Source: Entomortierella parvispora E1425
Lineage: Eukaryota > Fungi > Mortierellomycota
Assembly (NCBI GenBank): GCA_020891255.1
Contig: BQFW01000011.1
Span: 1,736,001 to 1,800,000, forward strand
Length of the DNA stretch: 64,000 nt
Direction of reading: 5' to 3'
Part shown: in pieces, positions 25,316-38,446 of the stretch
How positions within the stretch are numbered: position 1 is the first letter of the stretch
Layout: every line of letters begins with the position of its first letter
Position numbers and translations under genes: made by a program
Notes under the pieces: generated by a model
Databases searched by the model: none
The model's input: only the letters and a program-made list of their open reading frames with translations
What the model was told of the DNA's origin: nothing

Positions 25316-25377
25316 AATTCCCGTCACTTTTTCGCAGTGAAAATGACGGGAATTTTTTTGAAAAAGTGACGGGAATT
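25316..25377. repeat. 18-bp perfect inverted repeat containing a third internal copy of the motif AAAA(G)TGACGGGAATT
   Basis: aattcccgtcactttttc (25316-25333) is the exact reverse complement of gaaaaagtgacgggaatt (25360-25377). The spacer contains aaaatgacgggaattt. Confidence 0.8.
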
Positions 25378-25844
25378 TCGAGAGGGCCATTTGGGAGCAC
25401 ATTGAGGTCGTCGTCCTCGTCGTCGTTGTCGTCGCTCTTTCTGCCTCTCGAGCCCGCACGCGCGCGTGACGTGCAAGCTCAATCATCTCTTACCACCAAA
25501 CCACTCTATTTTGCCTCTTTCACCGCCCAAAAAGAGGAAGAAGAGAACTTTTGTCGTAGTCTTTGTTTCTTCCACTGAAGAGGCCTCAAAAATCCCACGT
25601 CCTAAAACCCACCCTTTCGATACCATTCGCACGGGTATATACACGGCAAAAGAAACATTAAAAGTGTCGGTTTATTTGTAACAAAGAGTAACAGGGAGAT
25701 GACCATCTGTTTGAATCTGGGAGGTTCATCAGTTTCGACAGAAGGGATTCTGGTTGTTGTTGTTCTTGTTGATTGAGGCGGTTCTTCTTCTTGTGGGTTT
25801 CAAGCCATCCAGCCGTTCGGAAGGAGTTCACGGGGATGGCTCGG

Positions 25845-26429
25845 CTAATACTTTAGAATAATGTAGAAGGCGTGGATGACACCTATACAAATGTTTGCCC
25901 CCGACGGTTAGTTTTTGGATGGAATCCTCGGAAAAAAGGAAAAAAGATGAAAACCAAAAGACCAAAATCATGTCATCCAACATCGTTGGAATCAAAACGA
26001 GGACAAACAAAAAAAAAAAAGAAGCCGCACTCGTTTGGGTTTGGGGAGGTGCAAAGCCCAAAAAAAAAACGAAGCCGTGGGACAAAGAAAATTGGGACAT
26101 TGATGGTCCAAGCCAAGGAGAAGAAGAGAGAGCAGCCAACGCGAAAATGATGATACGTACCGGGAATCCAACCCAAGCAGGTCAACAAGATGTTGATGAC
26201 GAGATCCCAACCGCATCCTCTCTATAAAGGGGTTAGAAGGGAAAGGGTCAAAGATAAGAGGAAAAGAGAATGTCGTCAGTCCCGTTTGGCGTCGCTCTAT
26301 TTCCCTTTTTGGGTCGGGTCCGTGGTTCAGTGAATGAAAAGTGTCGACCATTACCTCCAAGAAAACTCCCAGAGGGGGGAAGATGACGGCAAAGAAGAAC
26401 TTGAAGATGTCAGAGCAGGTGAGAGGCAT
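25845..26429 (-). CDS. PMP3: Plasma membrane proteolipid 3 (Pmp3/RCI2 family)
   Basis: Three exons give MPLTCSDIFKFFFAVIFPPLGVFLE|RGCGWDLVINILLTCLGWIPG|VIHAFYIILKY*, the canonical PPLGV...LGxIPGxIHA signature. Confidence 0.93.
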
Positions 26430-26707
26430 GGGGAAAGATGGGTGAAGATGTGAGTACTGAGTGAAGGAAAAGAAAAGAAAGTGAAAAGGAGAAGAAAGAA
26501 AGCGAAAAGAACGGGCCCCCTTTTAAAGGACGACAAAGCGAGACAAATTCTCGTACGCGCTGCTGATCTCATCGTGAGCACGAAGCAAAGCAAATAGTCC
26601 ATTTGACGGGATGATGTAAAACGCCTGACCGAACATGTTTGCAGGATTGATTTGCATCTGGACCAACTCATGTTTCTCGTTCACTATCTTTCTCGTAACG
26701 CCTCTCG

Positions 26708-26746
<39 letters not shown>

Positions 26747-27911
26747 TTGCTCTAACCGGACTTTTTTTTCGTAAAGATCATGTTGTGGTTTTGAACTTGT
26801 CTCAACAACTCTACCCAATTCTCTCAGTTTTCACCTTTGAAGGTCCTTCAATTTCTTTGGTGTGTGTCAGTGCGCTCGGCACAAGGCAGGATCTTTTTGG
26901 ACCTTCCAAATGGGTTTCTGGGTCATTGGTTGTTCCTGTTTCTGTGTTGTGCAAAGTTGCAACAAAGTTCGTTTCTTCCCTTCCTCTGATCCAAAAAAAA
27001 AAAAGACAGCCTAACCTCAAGCCCGGCCATTCTGCTCCCCCCCCCCCCCCCCCCCCCGTGCATGTGCACGCGTCAAGGGCCGAGTGGTCGATGTTGCTCA
27101 CTCTCCGACCTTGCGATCAAAAAAAGAAACCTTCGCCCAACCATCCATCTGCTCGTTATTTCTACAATCACCCCTTCGCCACTCTTTTTCGGCGTAATAA
27201 ATACAAAAAGACAGCCCAACTCCAAAAGTAGTCTAAGTGTTATGTACTGTAGTATGAGTGTGGGTGCGAGTGTGGGTGGATGGTGAAGGCTGTTAGGGTC
27301 ATTCGCCTCACGCAGGTTCAGACTGACAGGACTTGGAAGAATCAAAAAACCAAAAAAAAACAGGACGCGTCTGAAATCCCCCTCTTCCCCTGCACGGAAA
27401 AGAGTCCATTTCTGGCGCCAACTTTTTTCTACGCCACTTTTTTTTTTTTTTTTTTGCGGCGTTGGCACGTTCTTACTTCTCCATCATGGCGAGCCATGCC
27501 AAGAAGCGCTCTCCTATCCCCCTTTGCATCTCTCATGGCGATAAACGAACGAAGCATCTCCGCTTCTGACGGGCTCAAGGGTGTTAAGAATGACGACTCG
27601 ATCCTTGTCCTTTCGCAATTGCACTATCAATCACGATCGCAGTGGCAGAGAGGCGAGAGAGTGAAAAGCATGAGCCAGAGCTCCATCTATCCCTCGAAAT
27701 GAGAAATGTTCACTTTTGGATACTTTATTTGCAATGGAAAGGGTAATATGCTAGAAGGGATGGGATAGTAAGCGCGGAGGTGGTCACGATAGACTACAGC
27801 AATGAGGGAGAGAGTGAACAAAATCAAAATACAGATGCCTTGCTAAATGACGCGTTCCAACGGCGATACTGAGCCTCTACGTGCTTTTTTCCTCTTTTCC
27901 AGCCTCCCGTA

Positions 27912-30109
27912 TTAGTCAAAGGGCAAACGTCTAGCGCCGCTGGATGGCACCCCAGGGATGACTCGCTCTCCCGATGCATTCGCCGCCGCCGCTGCAGCAA
28001 TGGCACTGGGGATCTTCATGCCACAGCAAGTTGGGAATTCCTGACCAAAAGCATGTACATGGGTATGTCCCTCGACTCCTGCATCTTCTTCATCCTCGTC
28101 CATGATCCGGGTATCACTGAGTCCCTTGAATGGAAGTAAGGATCCATAGAGGAAATGTTGCATGATTGGCAGCTTGCCAAAGACCTCGGCCTTGTACATC
28201 TTGATCATGCCTGAGTTGACCTTGTCCCATGTCTTGACTGCACTGATATCATCCAGCATAGGCGAGTGCCATCTTAGTGAAGCAGATTTTACCTATAGAC
28301 AAGAAAGAAGAGAGAGGGAAAAAAAAAGGTAAGCACCACTGTCACAAAGGGTGCAAAGGAACAAATTCATGATGTGACATGTACGACAAGACACAACAGG
28401 ATACGTACAGAGTTGATGAATTTGACGCATGAGAGATACATGTAGTCCTTTGCAAACTCAGACACAATGTCATTGTCGTGGATCGATTTTGGTCGGATAT
28501 ACTTGTGTCCTCTCAATTGTGCTGCGCCAAAGAGGAAAGGCAAGAAGTGATAGTCGTCCAAGCCCCAGACTCCATGCGATCCTGCAGGTTCGAGCCAGTA
28601 CGCAAATTGAAGATTCCTCATGACCTCGATGTATCTATATAGGAAGTAAGATGATGAGGGTTCTGAACCAAACAAATCAAAACAAAAACATCAAAATGGA
28701 TCTTACCTGAAAAAGACATTGATGACGACCGCCTTGTAGTCTTCCTTCTTGATCAGGCCCAGCTTATCAAAGCAGTAGAGCCAGGCCAAGAAACTTGCCT
28801 CGTGTCCTGTGCCATAGTCGATTCTCTTGCGGTTGCCCCAGCACTCGACAAAGTACTTTGATACTTCCGGAATGGCCTCCTTTGGCAATGACAGGCTCTC
28901 CATCCACTCAGGCGTCGACTATCAAATCAAAGATAGGGTGGTCAACAAAATAAAACAAAAAAAAGATACCGCATAGCTCCATGTCGCACAACTGGCATGG
29001 GAAGAGAAACTTACCAATGCAACCTGATCGTAAAACTTGCGGAAGGCGGGGTTACCAAACCGACTCTCATGACCAGACTCTGGTGGGTATTGTTCCGTCA
29101 CTTGGGCCACCAAGTCCAAAGCCTTCAGCATTGCCTTGACGACCTATTTGACAACCCGCCCAAACAAAAAAAAAAAACAAAAAAGTAGAGATCAGCCATC
29201 GGGTTGAGAAGAGAGAGAGAATAAAAAAGCAGGGCGATCGAATCGACAACAAAGGGGGTTCACCAGAATCTGGTCCCTTACCTCGCTTTGATGACACTCG
29301 GCGGTGCTGACGACTCCCACGACGCTCTCATTCAATGCTTCCAAGAACTCAAACAAATCGGCATAAGTCTCGGATCCGTGAAACAGTTCAAGGTCTTCCT
29401 TTGTAAGAATCTCCCGTCTTGGAACCACAAAGCTACTGTTGCCGTTTTGATCGCCATGGTCTCCTGCCACGGACTCTGCCTTCCGCTCTGAGGTCTGCGA
29501 GATGGCGTCCTGACTGCGCTGATCCTCGTCCTGATCCATGGCTTGATCCATCTCTTGCTCGTGCTCCTCGCCTGGGTTGGACGAGGTTGAGGAATAGTTG
29601 CTGCCGAGCTTCAAAGAGGCATGCGAGAGTGTAGGGGAGGGGGGCTCTGCGATGATGGAGGAAGGAGGAGAAGGAACCCCGGTCGAGGAGTTATCGAGAC
29701 CCTTGGCATAATGACCACTGACGCTATAGGGCTTTGTGGAGAGGTAGGTTGGGTTGGCACCGCTGGAGAGAGACAGGTTCTGGAGAAGGGGAATATCAGG
29801 GGCGGGGACCTCGACCAAGGTCGGGGTCAACTTGTGCAACTCCTCGAGGTCTGCATCGTGGTCGAGGTGCATGGATGACAGCGTTGGGGTGGAAGGGGCA
29901 TGGTCGGATGCAGAGGAGAGGGCGGGAATGTCGACAACCTGGTTGCTGAGGGCCGAAGTCCATTCCATGACCTGGGGGGCCTTTTCACTGAAGTCGATCG
30001 AGTGGCGACCGGTGCTGGGGATGGCGGGGTTGGTGGCCGGGGTGAGGAAGCTGGTGGAGGACAGCTCTGCGTTCTCGCCGTCTTCGAATGCACTGGCAGG
30101 GGAATCCAT
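27912..30109 (-). CDS. PP2A phosphotyrosyl phosphatase activator (PTPA), Rrd2/Ypa2-like, with long N-terminal extension
   Basis: Motifs [73 protein letters not shown] and C-terminal HVH...[13 protein letters not shown]. Confidence 0.93.
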
Positions 30110-30332
30110 GATGTCGGTCTATTTGGCTGGCAGGCTGGCTGTGTGTGAGGACAAGAACAAAGAGCGAGAAGAGGAGAAGATACAGCAAGACGAAGAAGAA
30201 GAGGAAAGGGAAAGGAAATGGCGCGGTCTTTCATGACGAGGAAGGTGAAAGTGGAAGGACGTCTCGTCACGTGCACGGGATGGAAAATGAAAAGGGACAC
30301 GCTTGTTTGACTTTGATTTCTTTCTTTGTTGG

Positions 30333-30333
<1 letters not shown>

Positions 30334-30367
<34 letters not shown>
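30334..30367. repeat. (TCTG)n microsatellite in the divergent PTPA / securin-like intergenic region
   Basis: gtctgtctgtctgtctg..., about 8 units. Confidence 0.9.
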
Positions 30368-30368
<1 letters not shown>

Positions 30369-30545
30369 CGTGGAGTGTCAATCCAGACGATCCCTCTTCT
30401 CTCTTCTCTCTTCTCTCATTCATTTCATCCATCCATCCGTCCCTCTGCCTCTCTCTTTCTCTCTCTTTCTCTTTCTTCACTCACACCCTTCACCACCCAC
30501 ACCACTACCACCACGGCTTCCAGGAAAAGACCATTCACCGAGACA

Positions 30546-32057
30546 ATGTCTGCGCAGGACATTGACAACAAAGACACGGTCGTGGACGACAAGGAGAATG
30601 CCTCGCTCCCCGCACCCTCGTTGGTCAAGCAGGGTTCCATCCTTTCATCCGCCCCTACGACCCACCCTGTCAAAGCCTTCTCCAGGGCTCCTTCCCAAAA
30701 GAACTTTGCAAAGACGCCCTCAAAGGCTGCTCCCGGTACCCCCAAAGGTAAACGCTACGCCTTTTACAACAAACGCGCTCCATTGGCATTGTTTTTGAAA
30801 CCATGGACTTAATGTTTGTTGTGCATAACTTCAAATCTCTATAGGAGGCGTCTTGGGTTCAAGGACCAACTTTGCCGCCCGTGCTGTTCAGGTACCCCAG
30901 GGACTCGGCAAGAAGAGCGACGCCAGTGCAGACACTACCCCGACCCTCAACCCGTTGACGCGCACCGCTAGCGCCGTACAGGAAAATGCTCCCATGACTA
31001 CTCTCCAAACCAGCACGAGTCTTGAAAAGGCTATCGAGGACCTGAGGCCTGCTCCTCTGGAAAGCCGACGTGCTTCTCTGACTAAACGAGGCGCCGCCAA
31101 AGACAGGATTTCTCTTCTCCCAGACGTACCCAGATTGCTGAACGAGCAAGATGACACCGGGGACAATGGGCCAAACAAACTGGCGTCGCGTCAGATCAAG
31201 TCTAACCCAGTCGAGACAGCCACCACTCTGTTGTCGATTGAACGTGCAGTTGAAAGCGAGGACAAGGTCGTTGTAGGAGCTGCTGATGCAAAGACGAAGC
31301 GCCGAGCGCTCGAGAATGACGAGGATAGATACGAAATCGAGTACTGCCCACCTCCTGTTGCAGGTAATTTGGGTCCTAATGCTATCAGTTCCTGATCTTG
31401 AGGTGATGTATGTCCTTGGTCACTCATGTGTCATTGTTTCTTTTACAACCGTCAGAACCACGTTATGACCCTGGAATCGACTTGGACTACTCTGTGTTGA
31501 CGAATATCCCACCCGTGCTGGCTTATCAAGTCAAACATTTGGGAGATTTTGGCGACCTCGAATCTCCCAAATTGGAACCTGCCAACATTGTGCGCCTCCC
31601 TTCGTCCGAAGCTCATTTTACTCTTGATACAGCCGATCTTTTCGGACCAGCGGCAGAGACGGATCGATCCAAGGATGGTATCGTGCCTACAACCAGGATT
31701 GTGCGGGACAAAATCCATGGAGAATATTTTGATGTGTCCTGGGATGAGAATGAGGCGGTGGACGAAAAGGCTCATCCAAAGAACGGTCGTCGTTTTGGCA
31801 TCTTGGATCTGGCCGACAAGGAAAAGATCCAGCATCCTTTTGAGGAGTTTGCATTTGATGTGGAGGGATCAGAGAGCTCGCTGAGTGCGGATGAAGACAA
31901 TATCCTTGGCTCCGTGTCAAAGTCTGCCGATAAAGCGCACGCTGCCAATGTTCATGTTGTCCACAAGGAAATCGACGACTTTCATGCAGCAGTTGGACTG
32001 GACGACCTGGAGGATGAAAGCAAAGTCCAAGCTCCTCTCCTTGATTTTACCTTGTGA
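30546..32057 (+). CDS. Disordered cell-cycle-type protein, putative securin (Cut2/Pds1/PTTG-like)
   Basis: Exons 30546-30748, 30845-31363 and 31456-32057 join in frame. It has an N-terminal KEN box (DDKENA), degenerate D-box-like segments (GGVLGSRTN, RRALEN), EIEYCPPP...EPRYDP and an acidic C-terminus. The CDS is solid; the identity rests on motifs only. Confidence 0.6.
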
Positions 32058-32293
32058 AGATCATCCCATCCCTCCTTGTGCGCGCGACATCCCCTTGTAC
32101 CATAGCTTATACCACTTGCCCACTCTCAATACGCACTTCCATATCTGCTTTTTTTCCTTTTTTCTTTTCATGCACATTGTTTTTTTTCCAACTGATAGTC
32201 CTTGATCTTATATCTCATTTGTCTTTGAAATAACAACCAGATTCAACAGGAAAACTGGAGTGTGTTTTATTTGTACATGCTTTGTCCAGATAT

Positions 32294-33586
32294 TTATTGA
32301 CGGGTGCGCTCTGCAATCTTGAGGATGTCCGAGTAGATGCCAAAGGCGGTGACGGCAGCACCGGCACCAGCACCCTGGATAATCAAGGGGTTGGGGAAAC
32401 GCTCGGTGGTGAAGGCAATGATGTTGTCGCTGCCCTTCAAAGAGGCAAAGGGATGGCTGGCGGGGTATCTGTGGGTGAGGGACGGAGAAGAAGGAGATTT
32501 AAAGTTGTTAGTCATAGTCAAGAAAATAGAAAAAAAAAAAAAGAAATGGTGATCCATTTTTTTGGACTGCACGCACCTAGCAAGAGTAACGCTGCTCTTT
32601 CCATGGACGGGGTCGACGAGTCCCACATAGCGGAGGACCTGGCCGTTCTGAATAGCCTCCTGGTTCAACTTTTCGAAATGAGCGTCGAATTCGGGCAACT
32701 TTTCCATAAACTCAGAAGTGGGCAAGTTACGGAGCTCTTCGGGAACAATGTTCTCGACATTGACGGTTTCCTGGGTGAGATCCAATCCTGCGACACGGCC
32801 CAAGATAATGACCTTGCGAGCCACATCCATGCCGTTCAAGTCATCACGAGGATCGGGTTCCTAGAAGGAAAATGAAAAACAAAGCAAAGCGATTTAGAAC
32901 AAGGTTGGCAAAAGAAACAGATAAAACCCCATTCCTCCTTTCTTTTTCTTTCTTTTTCTCGGCATTCTTACAGTGTATCCGAGCTCCTTGGCGACAGAGA
33001 CGACCTCCGAGAACTTGACGGGCTTTGCAGACTTGTCAAGGGTCGAGAAGTTGTTAAAGATGTAGCTCAAGGTGCCAGAGAAGATACCCTCAATCTTGAC
33101 AATCTTGTCACCAGTGTTGACCAGATCATTCAAGGTGTTGATGACGGGTAAACCTGCACCCACGGTCGATTCGTGGTAGACCAAAGGAGAGCCTGGTTGG
33201 GAGCTCAACTGAACAATCTCCTTGTACAGGTTCAAGTCGCCAGAGAAGGCCTTCTTGTTGGGGGTGACAACATGGAATCCAGCACGGAGCCAGGTTGGGT
33301 AGTAAGCAGCCACGGTCTCGTTCGAGGTGCAGTCCAAGACAACAGTGGGGCGAGCGGCCTTGGAGGCAGCGAGGGAGGCGGTGAAGGCATCGAGAGTGAA
33401 AGGCGAGGCCGAGGTCAAGAGCTGGTCCTTCCACGAGTCGTCGACGAGGGGTGAGTCTGAGATGTGCATGGAGCGAGAGTTGGCGACGGCGACGACGGCA
33501 ATCTTTTTGGACTGGGTGGCAATGACCTGGCGAATGAATTCAGAGCCGACAAGACCGACTCCGACGATGGCAACGTTGACAACCAT
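32294..33586 (-). CDS. HOM6: Homoserine dehydrogenase (monofunctional fungal type)
   Basis: NVAIVGVGLVGSEF (Rossmann fold), VVLDCTS, HVVTPNKK, HESTVGAGLP, GIFSGTLSYIFN, GYT|EPDPRDDLNGMDVARK and IQGAGAGAAVTAFG; two introns. Confidence 0.96.
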
Positions 33587-34104
33587 GTTTGTACAATGTA
33601 GGAATGAAGAAGGGAGAAAGGGTGGGAATGTAAGAAAAGAAGGAGGAAAAGAAGGAGGGACGAAGGACAAAGATAAAGGAGGGACGTGCCAGGGTATGAA
33701 TCATCTTTCTGGTCGTCTGTGACTGGGAGGGATGGCGCGATCTCTATGGCTGGGCTGGACTGAATACCAGGGACGAGCTACCCGGAGTTGCATGCTTGAG
33801 TCCCCGAAGGACAATCTCGAGAGACAGGACGGAGATCGTCTGCTCCGGTACCTCGTAGCGCCGGTGGGTGCGAGTGAGGGGAGAGAACAAAAGAAGGAAC
33901 GAAAAGAGAAGATCGACAGCATGGATCAAGGCTGTTTCTGTGCCTGTGCCTGTTGCCACCAAAATCACGCACGCGCTGTTGAATCTGTTTTCCCTGCCAT
34001 CAATCGTGCCTAAAATAACGCTCTCATGCACCGGCATCTCATCAGCCGACCCGTCCTTTCTTTTTTTTCCTGTCTTTTCTTCTCTCCTTTCCTCACTCCA
34101 TTCA

Positions 34105-36335
34105 ATGCAGCATCACCATCAACAGCATCCACAGGATCCGCCCGAGCACCACCAACTGCTGGACATCCATTCCGGCCACCATGATGACCAGTCTTCATTC
34201 GTAGGACAGTCCAACCTGTCGCCATCCAGCCCCGACCATGCTTCCATCTCCACACGGAAACATTCAAAGCGGACCCAGGACCGGACAACGCAACCCTCTC
34301 TATGGAACACGAAAGAGTTTTACTTTTACTATCTCGTCTTTGCCTTTTGCGTGCCTTATATGTTCAAGACGGCCCATGATGCCAGCTCTGGTATGCTTGC
34401 TCTCCCTCGGATTTTTTTTCCAACGTTTCTCTCGCGTAACCATTTTAACCGTTTTTACTCTACGACCGTCGTACCAAAATAGAATCAAACCCCAACTATG
34501 AAAAGTACAAACATCTGCTGTCGGACGGATTCTTTGGCTACAAGGTCGATAACAGTGATGGACAATACGCAGGATTCAGGAACAACCTGCCAATCTTGGT
34601 CCTCGTCGTCTGCATCTACCTGCCCTTGTCCCACATGTTCAACCACTTTGTCGCATCGACCCAATACGGACTGTCATCGCCAAAGCAGACTCTTTATCGG
34701 ACCTATTTCTTTTTGGCCTTCTCGTGCATCTATCTGTACTTTATGTACGGGAACAGTCTGTTGAAAATTGGACTCATTGTCGGGATCAACTACGTAATCG
34801 CAAAGATCGGCAGGGGCGCTCGGTGGATGCCATTGGCCACCTGGGTCTTCAACTTGGGAATTCTGTTCCTGAACGAAGGTTATCGTGGATACAACTTTGG
34901 AGATGTGCACGAGGGCTTGACTTGGCTGGTAAGTCGGAATCTTGCCATCCATCCCATTGGGACCGTCGTTGTCAATGGTGGTGATTGATGTCTGACTTTT
35001 TTTCTTCATTTTGAATCTTAGGATGAGAACAAAGGCAAGGAAGGAAGCTGGCATATTCATTTCAACTTTACAATGCTTCGACTCGTTTCGTTCAACATGG
35101 ATTATTACTGGTCTCTCACAGCTCCTCGCGAATCTCTGGTACGAAAACACCAAAGTGAACGACTACATATCGATATTTCTCTATCTGATGACTGACCCCT
35201 CTCCCCCCATCCTTATTCATGTCGTAGGAGGACCGCGAGAGGGCGCCTCACAGTGACAAGGAGCGCTGTAGCATGCCAGCATTCGCAGAGGACTACAACT
35301 TCTTGTACTACGCTGCGTACGCATTGTATGCTCCTCTGTACGTCGCTGGACCCATCATCACTTTTAACGATTTCGTCTCTCAGGTATGATTGTCAGTAGC
35401 AAATGAGCTGTACGGCGGACCAATCTATTTCTTCGTCAACTGACCAATACTCTACCTTACACGATAGTTGCGGTACCCAAAGTCGATTACACTGAGAGTT
35501 TTGATCATGTGGGTGGGCAGATTCCTCTTTTCGTTGGCGACAATGGAATTCACAATCCATTACATGTACATGGTGGCGATCAGCAAAACACAAGCTTGGG
35601 ATAACGACCCTATCCTTCAAATCTGTATGATTGGACTTTTCAACCTAGTCCTGATCTGGCTCAAGTTGTTGCTCATCTGGAGATTCTTCCGTTTGTGGGC
35701 CTTGGCGGATGGGGTCGAGGCGCCTGAGAACATGATCCGATGTGTGACCAACAACTATTCAGCTCTAGGATTCTGGAGGAGCTGGCACAGGAGTTTTAAC
35801 CTGTGGTTGATCCGCTATGTGTATGTTCCCCTGGGTGGCGCCCGAACGGCCATGTACAACATCTGGGTCGTTTTCACCTTTGTGGCGATCTGGCACGATA
35901 TCCAACTGAGACTCTTGGCTTGGGGCTGGCTCATTTCGCTGTTTATCTTGCCAGAGATCATCGCCGGAAAGATTTTTTCCAAGCAAAAGGTAATACTTGA
36001 TTCATTGTTTTTTTTTGTGTAATGTGGTTGGCTGTGCTAACATCCTTTTATTTTACATTTTTCAAACAAATAATCTCTAGTGGGGATCATGGCCTTATTA
36101 CCGACATCTCTGCGCGGTCGGTGCAGTAGGCAATATCTTGATGATGATGATTGCCAACATGGTTGGATTCTGCTTAGGTCTGGATGGCGTCAAGAGGATG
36201 ATCTCGGACCTGTTTGGATCTGCCCAGGGTTGGATGACCATCTTGGGATGCTTGGTTGCCCTGTTTGTTTGCGCCCAAGTACAGTTTGAGGTTCGAGAAG
36301 CCGAGAAGCGGCGAGGCATCTTCTTGAACTGCTAA
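34105..36335 (+). CDS. GUP1: MBOAT-family O-acyltransferase, glycerol uptake protein Gup1
   Basis: Motifs [75 protein letters not shown] and FVAIWHDI (catalytic His); multiple introns. Confidence 0.94.
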
Positions 36336-38446
36336 AGGACTATAAAGTATAATACCCTAATTGAATAAACCGTTTGCTGACTGTAACCAGCCCGTTCCCA
36401 GGAAAGGATTGGAGGCACACACAGGGAGAAGGGAGAACGCCGTTATCCGCCTGAGGATGCACAGATGGGGGATGTTTGGATTGACTGGTGTACAAGTTGG
36501 TCAAGACAGGGACTGCAACCATAGTGGCGGCCACAGGGGATTATTGTAGAGCCCAGAGTTTTGAGTGGCGGAGTAGAGATTGGTGGCGTGGTGTGGCAGT
36601 GTGAAACGGAATTGGTGGCAAAGCTGAGCACTCGTGGGAGACGCGACATTTGGAGTGTTGAATGGACAGTGCTATGAGAGACCATGGAGACAACACAACA
36701 ACTGCCCTTGGTTGTGTCGAGGTCAAGGAAGGTCGTGAAAGACATCATTGCTCATGAGGGTGCCAAGAAGGAGAATGTGCTCGCATGACACCAAGTTGGT
36801 GGTTGGTTGTCAATGGCAAAAGGCCCAAAAGGAAAGAAAGAGTCGGAGAGCACACCTGTGTCATCCCTGAAGACGGAAGAGGCGCATAGATGGTCACCAG
36901 TGGGGACCCCGGAGGAAAAAAAAAAGACAAGTGGTCCTTGCTGAGCGGACCAAAAGGGCTGTCGCAACGTCACCAGTGCCGCTACGGCTATTCCGTAGCC
37001 TGACCCTGTAGACTCCAACACTGATAAGCAGTAGTTGCCGCTGATGCTTCATTCAACCAATAGTATATGTAAAACTGCCCTATATATATGGGTATTTTGA
37101 GGACGACAGACCTTTGCGGTACCAGAGGTGAAAGTGGTAAAATGATTTCAATCGAGGTGTTTGTTGACAAAACCGTTGCATGGTGCCAGCACGCAATGGG
37201 CCAGAAAATAGAAGAATCGCATGTAAAATGGCAGTCAATCGTCGATGTGGCTTGTTGCGTTGATGCGACGGACGTAATGTTCATGGGGATTTTGTGCATT
37301 GGCAATGGTGGGCACCGTTGACAGTCGCTGCGACGCGCTGCCTGATAATTAAGGAGCGCCGGACCCTATGGACCTGAGAGCAGGAAGGAAAAGGAAAAGG
37401 GCTTTTTTGGGTCCTTTTGCTTCCTTCTTCATCATCCCCCCCTCCCACTCCCCAAACGCCTCTTCTCTGCCCCACCCCCAAACACACTTCTCGGTCACAA
37501 TCGCTGGTCAGTAGCTCGTCCTTTGAGCGCGGCTGGAGCTGTGGGCTGGATCCTTGTTAAAATTCAAAAAGCGGCTCTGGGTCGTGTTCATGCCTAGTGA
37601 CCTTCAACCTTGAGGTGATACCCAGGTCTTTGTCTGGTTGAGAGACGCAAGGCCCGAGTGGATGTGTGAGAATCAACTTTGGCCAGAAGTTCACCGGGTG
37701 CGAGTTGAAAAAGTCCTTGTCCCCTTTCTTTTTTTTTTCTCACTTGCTTCTTTGAGGACAAGGACCACTTCTCTCCAACATAAAGGAAAAGACAAGGGAA
37801 TAACAAATGGAATAAATGAACCACTCTTGATCCCAAGGAATGGAATATACCCTGTTGGCAATGAGCAATAGCAATGGCGACATGAGGGTCATGGTCATGT
37901 GAGTTCAGTAGAGATGAGGACAGCTATGAGATGCATTGCATTGCTTCTTCAGAATGAAGACAAGACATGTTCCAAGGAGTCGCGACCCTCGTGTGCACGT
38001 CCAATCCGAGCGGAGAAGACTGACTTTCGGCATGGGCCGTGCGTTCGCGCGTCTCTTTTTGTTTGTTCCCCGTTCCACCAGCAGCAGGGCCACTGCTCAG
38101 AAGCCGAATCATTTGTCACACAGAACCAACATGGTCAGAGGTGGGGGCAGATCCACTGTTCTGTTGCGTCCTGACTTGGCCCACAGGAAATGGCCATTGA
38201 GTTTGGACACTGAGATTGGGGATAGATCCTCTCTCCCTCTCTCCCTCTCCCCCTCTCCTCCCTCGACCGCGTGGATAGCGACGCTTGGTGCTTTCTCGGA
38301 TTTTATTCTCCCTCTCTTCCCCCAACTTTTATCCCTCCATCATTTCTTTCCTTCTTCTCCACCCCTTTCACCCCTCCTGCTGGATCAAGAGCGCATTCCT
38401 CGTAAAAAAAAAAAAAAGAAGGTTCAACAGAAAACTCGTTAAAGCA

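Noticed and set aside
36340-37560. Several 60-105 aa ORFs and a small hairpin (gctacggctattccgtagc)
   Set aside because: There is no consistent frame, domain or terminal repeat.
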